From Amphiscolops sp. MND2022 (lineage: Eukaryota), in contig OZ076409.1 of assembly GCA_964187785.1 (NCBI GenBank), forward strand, positions 74,836,001-74,900,000: DNA of 64,000 nucleotides, written 5' to 3'. Positions 12,801 through 25,200 of this stretch are shown one piece after another (position 1 is the stretch's first letter; the number at the start of each line of letters is the position of its first letter). The notes below the pieces were generated by a model. That model was not told where the DNA came from, ran no database searches, and worked only from the letters and a program-made list of their open reading frames with translations. Made by a program: the position numbers and the translations under genes.

Positions 12801-15800
12801 AAATGGTATTAATTGGAATGTTTGTAACAGATTTATAAAAGTTCAAATTGAATATTACATTTCATAATGGAAGCTGAAACGTCATATTTTAGTTTAATTA
12901 ACGTCAACGCCACACACTTTACATCAACGCACACCGTCTGTGGGCATGCCGAGGCATGCCCTTCGACGACGTATGACAAATCCTTATCAAACGACGCCCG
13001 TACATGCCGGGCTAGGTGCGGGGGGGAAACCCCATCCCTTATCTTGGAGGATTCGGGTAGGGTCCTGAATCCGAGTTCAGTGCCGCCAGCTCTCAGTAGA
13101 AATCTGGGCATTTTTTTGCGATCTCGTGATCTAACCATAGGATTTTAAAGTTGGAGCGGCCCCCACCAGATTTTCCAAAGTTATTCGCCCCCCACCGGGT
13201 TCCAGCGAGATTGAAATATTTTGACGGGGTACACGGGCGACCGTTAGGGGTCATTTTGGGGGTAAAATTTATATCCGGTCGCATAACTTTTTTCCTGTTG
13301 GTTTAAAACTTTGGGACCCTGCTAAAAGTTTCTTGACCGTGTTGCAGTGGCTCCGGAGGTCCAAACCAAATTTTTCTATCTTGAAGCTATCTCCAAGTAC
13401 CCCCCCGCCCAAACCGTTATTTTTCCGGAAACGCCGGTTTTTGACCCGGAAGGAGTTGTCTGAGCGCGGGGTCGTTAGGTGATGTATTGGGGACGGCCTC
13501 GAGACGAAGCGGGGGATATATAGTTTGCCGACCCCAGTTTACCCCCCGGACGGGAAATGACCGTTATTTGAGCGGGAAAAATGCCCCCCTCCACGTTTTA
13601 CCGCTATTTCCGGTGTGAAGGAGTGGGAGTAGCGCGTCGGGTGTTATATAACAAAAGTAGGTTTAGACAAGGACCTATCGGAAACATGTAGTTTGGGACC
13701 CCCTGGTCCAACCCGTTAGCGGGAAATGGGGCTTCCGCCTCCTTTTTTTACTGCTAAAACCGTAAAATGGGCATTGAGGGGTAAATATCTCGTGAACGCG
13801 TGGAGCAATCGTGTCCATCACTACTACAAGGTTTCATACCCATGATATGGTGCCTTCAGGGGGGCAAACAGATTTCCGCTATCTATCACCGTTACCGACT
13901 TGGCCCCCCAGCCTAACCGCTATGTGACCGGAAATGTCACTTTTTGAGCCCAAAGGGTCGGTCCCAGCCGGGGAACGTTAGGTAACTTATTGTAGTACTC
14001 AATGAGACGAGTTGGGGATATAGTTTCAGTCACCCCCCGTTACCCTTTGGGACCGGAAATGACCGTTATGTGGGTTAAATTGCAATTTTTATACTTTTTC
14101 AAGTGTATTTAGGTGCGGAAGGCGTGGTAATAGGTGCTTGGACACTATATGATGATAGGGAGGACGTGAGGCGAGCATTAAAAAATAACCGTTATGTTGA
14201 CCCCAAAGTCCCCCTGGTACCAGAAGTGACCCGTAACGGTCAAATTTTGTGTTTTTAGGGTACAAATGATTAGAATTTTATGGGAAAAAAGTACCTGGTC
14301 GGTGTTTCAACGGCTTGCCGTAGTGAACATAGTCCTGAAACCTTGTGGGGGGTAACGGTATATAGCACCGGAAGTCCAAACCGTTGGAGACAGGATAGGT
14401 ATTTTGGTTTTAAAATGCCTATAAGCGTACTTTTGTGGGTTGAATCGTTTCAATATCGACTAATTTGGATATTTTTTTGACATTGAAGGTTTTTTCAATA
14501 GTTTCAGGGACATCCAATGCTTCAATCAATATAACCGTTACCTTATGATAGCCTTTCAAGTTGGCCTGGTGTCAACTTGGAAGGGCTATCCTTCGAAAAT
14601 CGTAATTCAAGTGTGTTTTTGAGTACGTTTTTATTACTTTAATATCAATTAGAGCCTAATCATTAGTTTGCCAACGACAAAAACTATGACGTGATGATAC
14701 CGTTAGTAGAAGAATAGTTAACAATTTGTTGACAAAATTGATTTTTTGCATTTTAAATGTTTCCTAAATGCCAGGAAAACAATTTATCTAATGAATGGTA
14801 CTGATTGAACCCAAGTATCATTTGAAAAAAAGTAAAACATTGTCAAAACGCTGAAACCTCACGTTTTAGGTCACTTAACGTCAACGCCACATACTTTACA
14901 TCAACGCCCACCGTCTGTGGGCATGCCGAGGCATGCCTTTCGACGACGTATACCAATTACATATATATCTACACCCACCCGCGGTAGCAGCTAGGTGCGG
15001 GGGGGAAACCCCATCCCTTATCTTGGAGGATTCGGGTAGGGTCCTGAATCCGAGTTCAGTGCCGCCAGCTCTCAGTAGAAATCTGGGCATTTTTTTGCGA
15101 TCTCGTGATCTAACCATAGGATTTTAAAGTTGGAGCGGCCCCACCAGATTTTCCAAAGTTATTCGCCCCCCACCGGGTTCCAGCGAGATTGAAATATTTT
15201 GACGGGGTACACGGGCGACCGTTAGGGGTCATTTTGGGGGTAAAATTTATATCCGGTCGCATAACTTTTTTCCTGTTGGTTTAAAACTTTGGGACCCTGC
15301 TAAAAGTTTCTTGACCGTGTTGCAGTGGCTCCGGAGGTCCAAACCAAATTTTTCTATCTTGAAGCTATCTCCAAGTACCCCCCCGCCCAAACAGTTATTT
15401 TTCCGGAAACGCCGGTTTTTGACCCGGAAGGAGTTGTCTGAGCGCGGGGTCGTTAGGTGATGTATTGGGGACGGCCTCGAGACGAAGCGGGGGATATATA
15501 GTTTGCCGACCCCAGTTTACCCCCCGGACGGGAAATGACCGTTATTTGAGCGGGAAAAATGCCCCCCTCCACGTTTTACCGCTATTTCCGGTGTGAAGGA
15601 GTGGGAGTAGCGCGTCGGGTGTTATATAACAAAAGTAGGTTTAGACAAGGACCTATCGGAAACATGTAGTTTGGGACCCCCTGGTCCAACCCGTTAGCGG
15701 GAAATGGGGCTTCCGCCTCCTTTTTTTACTGCTAAAACCGTAAAATGGGCATTGAGGGGTAAATATCTCGTGAACGCGTGGAGCAATCGTGTCCATCACT

Positions 15801-18800
15801 ACTACAAGGTTTCATACCCATGATATGGTGCCTTCAGGGGGGCAAACAGATTTCCGCTATCTATCACCGTTACCGACTTGGCCCCCCAGCCTAACCGCTA
15901 TGTGACCGGAAATGTCACTTTTTGAGCCCAAAGGGTCGGTCCCAGCCGGGGAACGTTAGGTAACTTATTGTAGTACTCAATGAGACGAGTTGGGGATATA
16001 GTTTCAGTCACCCCCCGTTACCCTTTGGGACCGGAAATGACCGTTATGTGGGTTAAATTGCAATTTTTATACTTTTTCAAGTGTATTTAGGTGCGGAAGG
16101 CGTGGTAATAGGTGCTTGGACACTATATGATGATAGGGAGGACGTGAGGCGAGCATTAAAAAATAACCGTTATGTTGACCCCAAAGTCCCCCTGGTACCA
16201 GAAGTGACCCGTAACGGTCAAATTTTGTGTTTTTAGGGTACAAATGATTAGAATTTTATGGGAAAAAAGTACCTGGTCGGTGTTTCAACGGCTTGCCGTA
16301 GTGAACATAGTCCTGAAACCTTGTGGGGGGTAACGGTATATAGCACCGGAAGTCCAAACCGTTGGAGACAGGATAGGTATTTTGGTTTTAAAATGCCTAT
16401 AAGCGTACTTTTGTGGGTTGAATCGTTTCAATATCGACTAATTTGGATATTTTTTTGACATTGAAGGTTTTTTCAATAGTTTCAGGGACCTCCAATGCTT
16501 CAATCAATATAACCGTTACCTTATGATAGCCTTTCAAGTTGGCCTGGTGTCAACTTGGAAGGGCTATCCTTCGAAAATCGTAATTCAAGTGTGTTTTTGA
16601 GTACGTTTTTATTACTTTAATATCAATTAGAGCCTAATCATTAGTTTGCCAACGACAAAAACTATGACGTGATGATACCGTTAGTAGAAGAATAGTTAAC
16701 AATTTGTTGACAAAATTGATTTTTTGCATTTTAAATGTTTCCTAAATGCCAGGAAAACAATTTATCTAATGAATGGTACTGATTGAACCCAAGTATCATT
16801 TGAAAAAAAGTAAAACATTGTCAAAACGCTGAAACCTCACGTTTTAGGTCACTTAACGTCAACGCCACATACTTTACATCAACGCCCACCGTCTGTGGGC
16901 ATGCCGAGGCATGTCTTTCGACGACGTATACCAATTACATATATATCTACACCCACCCGCGGTAGCAGCTAGGTGCGGGGGGGTAACCCCAACAAATATA
17001 TTGGAGGATTCGGGTAGGGTCCTGAATCCGATTTTAACTCTAATAGCTATCGATAGGAAATCTTGCAAAAATTTCGGGATCTCGTGATCTAACCATAGGA
17101 TTTTAAAGTTGGAGCGGCCCCCACCAGATTTTCCGAAAATTAGCGCCCCCCACCGGGTTCCAGCGTGATTGAAATATTTTGACGGGGTACACGGGCGACC
17201 GTTAGGGGTCATTTTGGGGGTAAAATTTATATCCGGTCGCATAACTTTTTTTCTGTTGATTTAAAACTTTGGAACCCTGCTAAAAGTTTCTTGACCGTGT
17301 TGCAGGGGCCCCGAAGGTCCAAACCAAATTTTTCTATCTTGAAGCTATCTCCAAGTACCCCCCCGCTCAAACCGTTATTTTTCCGGAAACGCAGGTTTTT
17401 GACCCGGAAGGAGTCGTCTGAGCGCGGGGTCGTTAGGTGATGTATTGGGGACGGCCTTGAGACGAAGTGGGGGACAAGTAGTTTGCCAAACTCAATTTAC
17501 CCCCCGGACGGGAAATGACCGTTATATGAGCGTGTAAAATGCCCCCCCTCCACGTTTTACCGCTATTTCCGGTGTGAAGGAGTGGGAGTAGCGCGTCGGG
17601 TGTTATATAACAAAAGTAGGTTTAGACAAGGACCTATCGGAAACATGTAGTTTGGGACCCCCTGGACCAACCCGTTAGCGGGAAATGGGGCTTCCGCCTC
17701 CTTTTTTTAGTGCTAAAACCGTAAAATGGGCATTGAGGGGTAAATATCTCGTGAACGCGTGGAGCAATCGTGTCCATCACTACTACAAGGTTTCATACCC
17801 ATGATATGGTGCCTTCAGGGGGGCAAACAGATTTCCGCTATCTATCACCGTTACCGACTTGGCCCCCCAGCCTAACCGCTATGTGACCGGAAATGTCACT
17901 TTTTGAGCCCAAAGGGTCGGTCCCAGCCGGGGAACGTCAGGTAACTTATTGTAGTACTCAATGAGACGAGTTGGGGGATATAGTTTCAGTCACCCCCCGT
18001 TACCCCTTGGGACCGGAAATGACCGTTATGTGGGTAAAATTGCAATTTTTATACTTTTTCAAGTGTATTTAGGTGCGGAAGGAGTGGTAATAGGTGCTTG
18101 GACACTATATGAGGTAAGGGAGGACGTGAGGCGAGCATTCAGAAATAACCGTTATGTTGACCCTAAAGTCCCCCTGGTACCGTAAACGACCGGAAATGGT
18201 CAAATTTTGTGTCTATTGGGTACAAATGTTTTGTATTTTGTAGATAAAAGTATCTATTAGGTGTTTCGACGGTCTACAGTAGTGAACATAGTCATGAAAC
18301 CTTGTGGGGGGTAACGGTATATAGCACCGGAAGTCAAACCGTTGGAGACAGCTTAGGTTTTTTGGTTTTAAAATGTCTTTCGGCGTAATTTTTTTGACTC
18401 TTGTGGACTATTTTTAAAAATTAAAGTTTTTCCATATAGTTTCAGAGACTCCGAAACCTCAACCAACATAACCGTTACCTTATGATAGCCTTTCAAGTTG
18501 GCCTGGTGTCAACTTGGAAGCGCTATCCTTCTGAAATCGTTAATCAAGAGTGTTTTTGGGTAGGTATATATTGCATTAGTACCAATTAGAGCTTCATCAA
18601 CAGTGTATCAACGACAAAAACTATGCCGTCATGATTCCGTTATTAGAATCATAGTGAGCAAATTGTTGAAAAAATGGTTTTTTCCATACAAAATGTGTCC
18701 TAAATGCCAGGAAACCTATTTACCTAACAAATGGTATTAATTGGAATGTTTGTAACAGATTTATAAAAGTTCAAATTGAATATTACATTTCATTATGGAA

Positions 18801-21800
18801 GCTGAAACGTCATATTTTAGTTTAATTAACGTCAACGCCACACACTTTACATCAACGCACACCGTCTGTGGGCATGCCGAGGCATGCCCTTCGACGACGT
18901 ATACCAAATACAAACCCAAACGACGCCCGTACATCCCGGGCTAGGTGCGGGGGGGTAACCCCAACAAATATATTGGAGGATTCGGGTAGGGTCCTGAATC
19001 CGATTTTAACTCTAATAGCTATCGATAGGAAATCTTGCAAAAATTTCGGGATCTCGTGATCTAACCATAGGATTTTAAAGTTGGAGCGGCCCCCACCAGA
19101 TTTTCCGAAAATTAGCGCCCCCCACCGGGTTCCATACCCCGGAAAATTTTTTTCTGGCCACACGGGCGACCGTTAGGGGGTCATTTTAGGGGTAAAATTC
19201 ATATTGGGCCACATAACTTTTTTTCTGTTGATTTAAAACTTTGGAACCCTGCTAAAAGTTTCTTGACCGTGTTGCAGGGGCCCCGAAGGTCCAAACCAAA
19301 TTTTTCTATCTTGAAGCTATCTCCAAGTACCCCCCCGCTCAAACCGTTATTTTTCCGGAAACGCAGGTTTTTGACCCGGAAGGAGTCGTCTGAGCGCGGG
19401 GTCGTTAGGTGATGTATTGGGGACGGCCTTGAGACGAAGTGGGGGACAAGTAGTTTGCCAACCTCAATTTACCCCCCGGACGGGAAATGACCGTTATATG
19501 AGCGTGAAAAATGCCCCCCTCCACGTTTTACCGCTATTTCCGGTGTGAAGGAGTGGGAGTAGCGCGTCGGGTGTTATATAACAAAAGTAGGTTTAGACAA
19601 GGACCTATCGGAAACATGTAGTTTGGGACCCCCTGGACCAACCCGTTAGCGGGAAATGGGGCTTCCGCCTCCTTTTTTTAGTGCTAAAACCGTAAAATGG
19701 GCATTGAGGGGTAAATATCTCGTGAACGCGTGGAGCAATCGTGTCCATCACTACTACAAGGTTTCATACCCATGATATGGTGCCTTCAGGGGGGCAAACA
19801 GATTTCCGCTATCTATCACCGTTACCGACTTGGCCCCCCAGCCTAACCGCTATGTGACCGGAAATGTCACTTTTTGAGCCCAAAGGGTCGGTCCCAGCCG
19901 GGGAACGTTAGGTAACTTATTGTAGTACTCAATGAGACGAGTTGGGGGATATAGTTTCAGTCACCCCCCGTTACCCCTTGGGACCGGAAATGACCGTTAT
20001 GTGGGTAAAATTGCAATTTTTATACTTTTTCAAGTGTATTTAGGTGCGGAAGGAGTGGTAATAGGTGCTTGGACACTATATGAGGCAAGGGAGGACTTGA
20101 GGCGAGCATTCGGAAATAACCGTTATGTTGACCCTAAAGTCCCCCTGGTACCGTAAACGACCGGAAATGGTCAAATTTTGTGTCTATTGGGTACAAATGT
20201 TTTGTATTTTGTAGATAAAAGTATCTATTAGATGTTTCGACGGTCTACAGTAGTGAACATAGTCATGAAACCTTGTGGGGGGTAACGGTATATAGCACCG
20301 GAAGTCAAACCGTTGGAGACAGGATAGGTTTTTTGGTTTTAAAATGTCTTTCGGCGTAATTTTTTCGACTCTTGTGGACTATTTTTAAAAATTAAAGTTT
20401 TTCCATATAGTTTCAGAGACTCCGAAACCTCAACCAACATAACCGTTACCTTATGATAGCCTTTCAAGTTGGCCTGGTGTCAACTTGGAAGCGCTATCCT
20501 TCTGAAATCGTTAATCAAGAGTGTTTTTGGGTAGGTATATATTGCATTAGTACCAATTAGAGCTTCATCAACAGTGTATCAACGACAAAAACTATGCCGT
20601 CATGATTCCGTTATTAGAATCATAGTGAGCAAATTGTTGAAAAAAATGGTTTTTACCATACAAAATGTGTCCTAAATGCCAGGAAACCTATTTACCTAAC
20701 AAATGGTATTAATTGGAATGTATGTAACAGATTTATAAAAGTTCAAATTGAATATTACATTTCATTATGGAAGCTGAAACGTCATATTTTAGTTTAATTA
20801 ACGTCAACGCCACACACTTTACATCAACGCACACCGTCTGTGGGCATGCCGAGGCATGCCCTTCGACGACGTATGACAAATCCTTATCAAACGACGCCCG
20901 TACATCCCGGGCTAGGTGCGGGGGGGAAACCCCATCCCTTATCTTGGAGGATTCGGGTAGGGTCCTGAATCCGAGTTCAGTGCCGCCAGCTCTCAGTAGA
21001 AATCTGGGAAATTTTTTGCGATCTCGTGATCTAACCATAGGATTTTAAAGTTGGAGCGGCCCCCACCAGATTTTCCAAAGTTATTCGCCCCCCACCGGGT
21101 TCCAGCGTGATTGAAATATTTTGTCGGGGTACACGGGCGACAGTTAGGGGTCATTTTGGGGGTAAAATTTATATCCGGTCGCATAACTTTTTTCCTGTTG
21201 GTTTAAAACTTTGGGACCCTGCTAAAAGTTTCTTGACCGTGTTGCGGGGGCTCCGGAGGTCCAAACCAAATTTTTCTATCTTGAAGCTATCTCCAAGTAC
21301 CCCCCCGCCCAAACCGTTATTTTTCCGGAAACGCAGGTTTTTGACCCGGAAGGAGTCGTCTGAGCGCGGGGTCGTTAGGTGATGTATTGGGGACGGCCTT
21401 GAGACGAAGCGGGGGATATATAGTTTGCCGACCCCAGTTTACCCCCCGGACGGGAAATGACCGTTATATGAGCGGGAAAAATGCCCCCCTCCACGTTTTA
21501 CCGCTATTTCCGGTGTGAAGGAGTGGGAGTAGCGCGTCGGGTGTTATATATCAAAAGTAGGTTTAGACAAGGACCTATCGGAAACATGTGGTTTGGGACC
21601 CCCTGGACCAACCCGTTAGCGGGAAATGGCGTTTCCGCTTCCTTTTTTTACTGCTAAAACCGTAAAATGGGCATTGAGGGGTAAATATCTCGTGAACGCG
21701 TGGAGCAATCGTGTCCATCACTACTACAAAGTTTCATACCCATGATATGGTACCTTCAGGGGGGCAAACAGATTTCCGCTATCTATCACCGTTACGGACT

Positions 21801-22096
21801 TGGCCCCCCACCCTAACCGCTATATGACCGGAAATGTCACTTTTTGAGCCCAAAGGGTCGGTCCCAGCCGGGGAACGTTAGGTAACTTATTGTAGTACTC
21901 AATGAGACGAGTTGGGGGACATAGTTTCAGTCACCCCAGTTACCCCTTGGGACCGGAAATGACCGTTATATGTGTAAATTTGCAATTTTTATACTTTTTG
22001 AAGTGCATTTAGGTGCGGAAGGAGTGGTAATAGGTGCTTGGACACTATATGATGATGGGGAGGACGTGAGGCGAGCATTCGAAAATAACCGTTATG
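3893..22096 (+). repeat. ~1.97-kb unit family, 8 full and 1 partial near-identical copies, interrupted by one 1265-bp unit (9780-11044)
   Basis: Long blocks recur nearly verbatim, e.g. GGAGTGGGAGTAGCGCGTCGGGTG and GATAGCCTTTCAAGTTGGCCTGGTGTCAACTTGGAAG. Units 13016-14994 and 14995-16972 are virtually identical. Confidence 0.93.
5424..5467 (+). other. Long hairpin type H2 (GATAGCCTTTCAAGTTGGC-loop-GTCAACTTGGAAGGGCTATC), example copy
   Basis: ~19-bp stem with G-T pairs, present in the full-length ~1.97-kb units and in the ~1.39-kb units (43347-43389, 48601-48643, ~49970-50012). Confidence 0.88.
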
Positions 22097-22296
22097 NNNN
22101 NNNNNNNNNNNNNNNNNNNNNNNNNNNNNNNNNNNNNNNNNNNNNNNNNNNNNNNNNNNNNNNNNNNNNNNNNNNNNNNNNNNNNNNNNNNNNNNNNNNN
22201 NNNNNNNNNNNNNNNNNNNNNNNNNNNNNNNNNNNNNNNNNNNNNNNNNNNNNNNNNNNNNNNNNNNNNNNNNNNNNNNNNNNNNNNNNNNNNNNN
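22097..22296. other. Assembly gap (200 N)
   Basis: Run of exactly 200 N; the true length is unknown. Confidence 0.99.
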
Positions 22297-25200
22297 ATCC
22301 GTGATGACTTTACAAAACCTTTAATACTGTTGGAGAAGTTTAAAATTTCACCTTGTCTGGTAAATAATGAAAACGGTTTGCAGTTAGTTACATGTAGCGA
22401 CCACAAAAATGGTGTCAAATTGAAGTATGTTCATGTTCCAACCAACCCAGCAACAGGTAATGTTAGTACACGGTCTGCAGACAGGTTAGCTTTAATGGTG
22501 TCAAGTGTCCGAACGGTAAGACCTTTGAAAATAGGTACTAAAAGTTGTACTTTTACAATGTGTCGCGTTGACAGTGGACGCATCAGCGGTGTGAGCAGTA
22601 CTGTTCTCCACAAGTTCCGTAATTTTGAGACTCCCCCTACAGATCGTTTGGTTGAAATCGAAAAACTCATGATTAACTGTAGAAATGATGTCAAAGATAT
22701 TATAAGACAATGCTGTGGAAACTTTGAAATAAGTAAGGGTTTAGCCGAGTATTTTCTTGCTGTAGAGTCACCTGTAAGTATTTCTACCATTGAAGAAAAT
22801 TGTAAAAGTGCTGTCGTGTTTGACATGGAATCATTGATGAGAATGAAAGACTACGTGGAAAGTTGCCCTGAAGATGTAACAGATCGGGATCTTGCTTTGG
22901 CGCCATTGCTTTTAGGTCACAAGCTTGACGGTTACGGATGCGAGCCTCGATCTGTATCGAAAAGAATTTCTGAAAATTGCGACTTGTTTCCCTTCGTTTA
23001 CGCCTTTATCACCCAGGATTCGCTTTGGTCAAAACTTCTAAAATTAACTTCTGTTAATGAAAATTTCCAACTTTTGTGTAAATCTCTCTACAGATTTCGT
23101 GAGTACATTTGGTGTCGTAATAATTATAGCCTCCCAACAGTGTTGCGCAACTTCGAAGAAGTCTTCACTGCACTATTTCCGGCTGGTTCTAACCCTTTGA
23201 GCAACTTAGTAGAGACTTTAGAAAACTGTAGCGTTTTAACTTGTCAAAGAAATGAAGTGAATAACGTTAGTATTGACTGTACGCGGTTTGACACGCTCCT
23301 TCTTGTGGCGACTGGTTCGAATAATCGGGATTTGCAATTGCCTTTTGAATTGACTTCCAGTAACGGGACAACTTTTTATTTAACTTTTGTTAGTACTGAC
23401 TCAACTTTAAGTCTCCGGTATGGACCTCCGTTTTATGGATTCTGGACTGTTAAAAACGACGGAAGTAGACCTTTAAAAGATCCAACTTTAGAGTATCAAT
23501 ACAACAGGAACTGGAAATACTTGTTATATGTATCTAAAAGTGACTTGAACGAGGAAACTAAACTGCGATACTTGAAATACATGGGAGGACAAGGTGTCTT
23601 TTTTTGTCAAGAACATGTAAAACCGTTATCAACTGATTACTTAAACAGCAATAGGAAATGTAGCATGCCCAAAAATACCGGTGTTTCACAAATTTGTACA
23701 CGAAAATCTGCGTGGCGGTGTCCGGAAAAAGACTGTTTTGCATCCGTTTGTAAGACTCATTTCCGAGAATTTTGCGATACGAACGACCGAGTTAACGTTG
23801 ATAATGCGCCGTCTACTGATGCCATCCAAGATAGCAGTGATGAAGAAACAGAGTTGCTAAAGGACGTGGATGAAGAACCGGATGTCAATCAACCTGGACC
23901 GAGCTTTGTACTGGATAACCCTCAACGATCCCAAGAAGAACAAGAGGTCAACATGGACGAGTTTGATTGTCCGCAATTGATAGTTGATGCCGGATTTCAA
24001 GATACGGATGCGTTTGCGACGGACGCTGGCTGTGAGCCCGTTTATCTTTCGAACGACTCTAAATTTGTTCCAATGCATGTACTTTTAAACGGCGAATGCC
24101 AACTGATGAAACGTTTAAGGTACCCTAAGCATATAGGTAAAAGATTCCAACGCTACTTCCAGAACTTCGTTTCAACTTTGCCTGGCAAGTCGATACCTTT
24201 GCTTCAACCAGAAGCTTGTTTGTTTCCAAGCATTTTTTATAAACAGCTAGAGGATGGCTCTTTTCCTGGGGCTCTGCCCTTTTTTCTCTACGACGATAAA
24301 AAAGCAAATTCAAAATTGGACTACGACGGTCTGCATGAACATTTGCGGGTGAGACTTAAAGACGCGACTCTTTTAACTTCAGCTAATTTGTCTTACATTA
24401 TGTACGCGTTCGACAGTGTTTTGAATTTGTCGTTGACGAAATGCCACACCAACCAGTTCTTCAAACGTGGCTTACAGACAATCTCCATTGGTAAGTATAG
24501 ACCGCGGCAACTGACATCAACGGAATCTGTACTTAAAATGGATAGTGTAGACAGTGACGTGCATGTAAATAGGTTAGGTACTGCCTGTGCTTCCGAAACA
24601 CCCGATCTTTTTGTAACGTTCACATGTAATCAAAAAGAACACCCTGGAGTCGCCGAAGTTGTTCAGGCAATTTATGAATTGTACGGCAGTGCTCCAGTCG
24701 AAGAACTAAAAGACGTGCTCCAAGCATACATGGTGATTATCGTAAGATGCTGGACCAGGACGATCGAATTGCTAATTGATTACTTAAGGTTTTCTGATGA
24801 ACATATTTTGGGTGAAATTTTGAAGGTTTGGGGTAGGGCTGAGTTCCAGAGTGCCGCAGCGAATTTACAACACTACCACATACTGTTTTGGTTGAAGAAT
24901 CTTGTAGAAGATGTTTTAGAGAAAATTGCCTGTGCTCACAAACATGTGTTTCACGAGTTCAAAAAACTTTTTCATGTCAATTTTGGTACCGTTGATAGCG
25001 CTGAACACGCAGGTGAGTTGTTTGACAAATGTGTTCGCGTGCAAACTCACGACTGTGAGAAAGGTCACTGCTTGAAAAAGGTAAGGTTTGATGGAGAAAG
25101 AAAATGTCGTTTCCCACCGTACCCGCAGAGTCATGAACCATGGTATAAGGAGTTTCACCAGCCGCATTCAAAAGAAGCCTTGGAAGCCCTACAGGAAATT

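Larger units (their letters stand above)
1..22096 (+). mobile_element. Left head-to-tail array of non-autonomous rolling-circle units (13 junctions)
   Basis: CTAG|GTG junctions end at 28, 1344, 2620, 3892, 5883, 7806, 9779, 11044, 13015, 14994, 16972, 18944, 20915. Unit lengths are 1316, 1276, 1272, 1991, 1923, 1973, 1265, 1971, 1979, 1978, 1972, 1971; the last unit is cut by the gap. Confidence 0.85.

Noticed and set aside
3551..21382. Recurrent short ORFs in the units (MWPEKNFPG.., MRRVGG.., ..GMPRHA..)
   Set aside because: They recur only because the DNA is repeated. Copies show stops and frameshifts, several cross unit junctions, and none has a recognisable domain.
3893..22096. rDNA, 5S, snRNA or histone tandem gene cluster
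   Set aside because: No rRNA, tRNA, snRNA or histone sequence was recognised. An Rfam search would be needed to exclude a divergent ncRNA.
21970..22296. N-terminus of the 2216-aa ORF in the ORF track (MCKFAIF...)
   Set aside because: It is array-unit sequence joined in frame across the 200-N gap. The real start is unknown, and adjacency of the left array to the coding element rests on scaffolding only.
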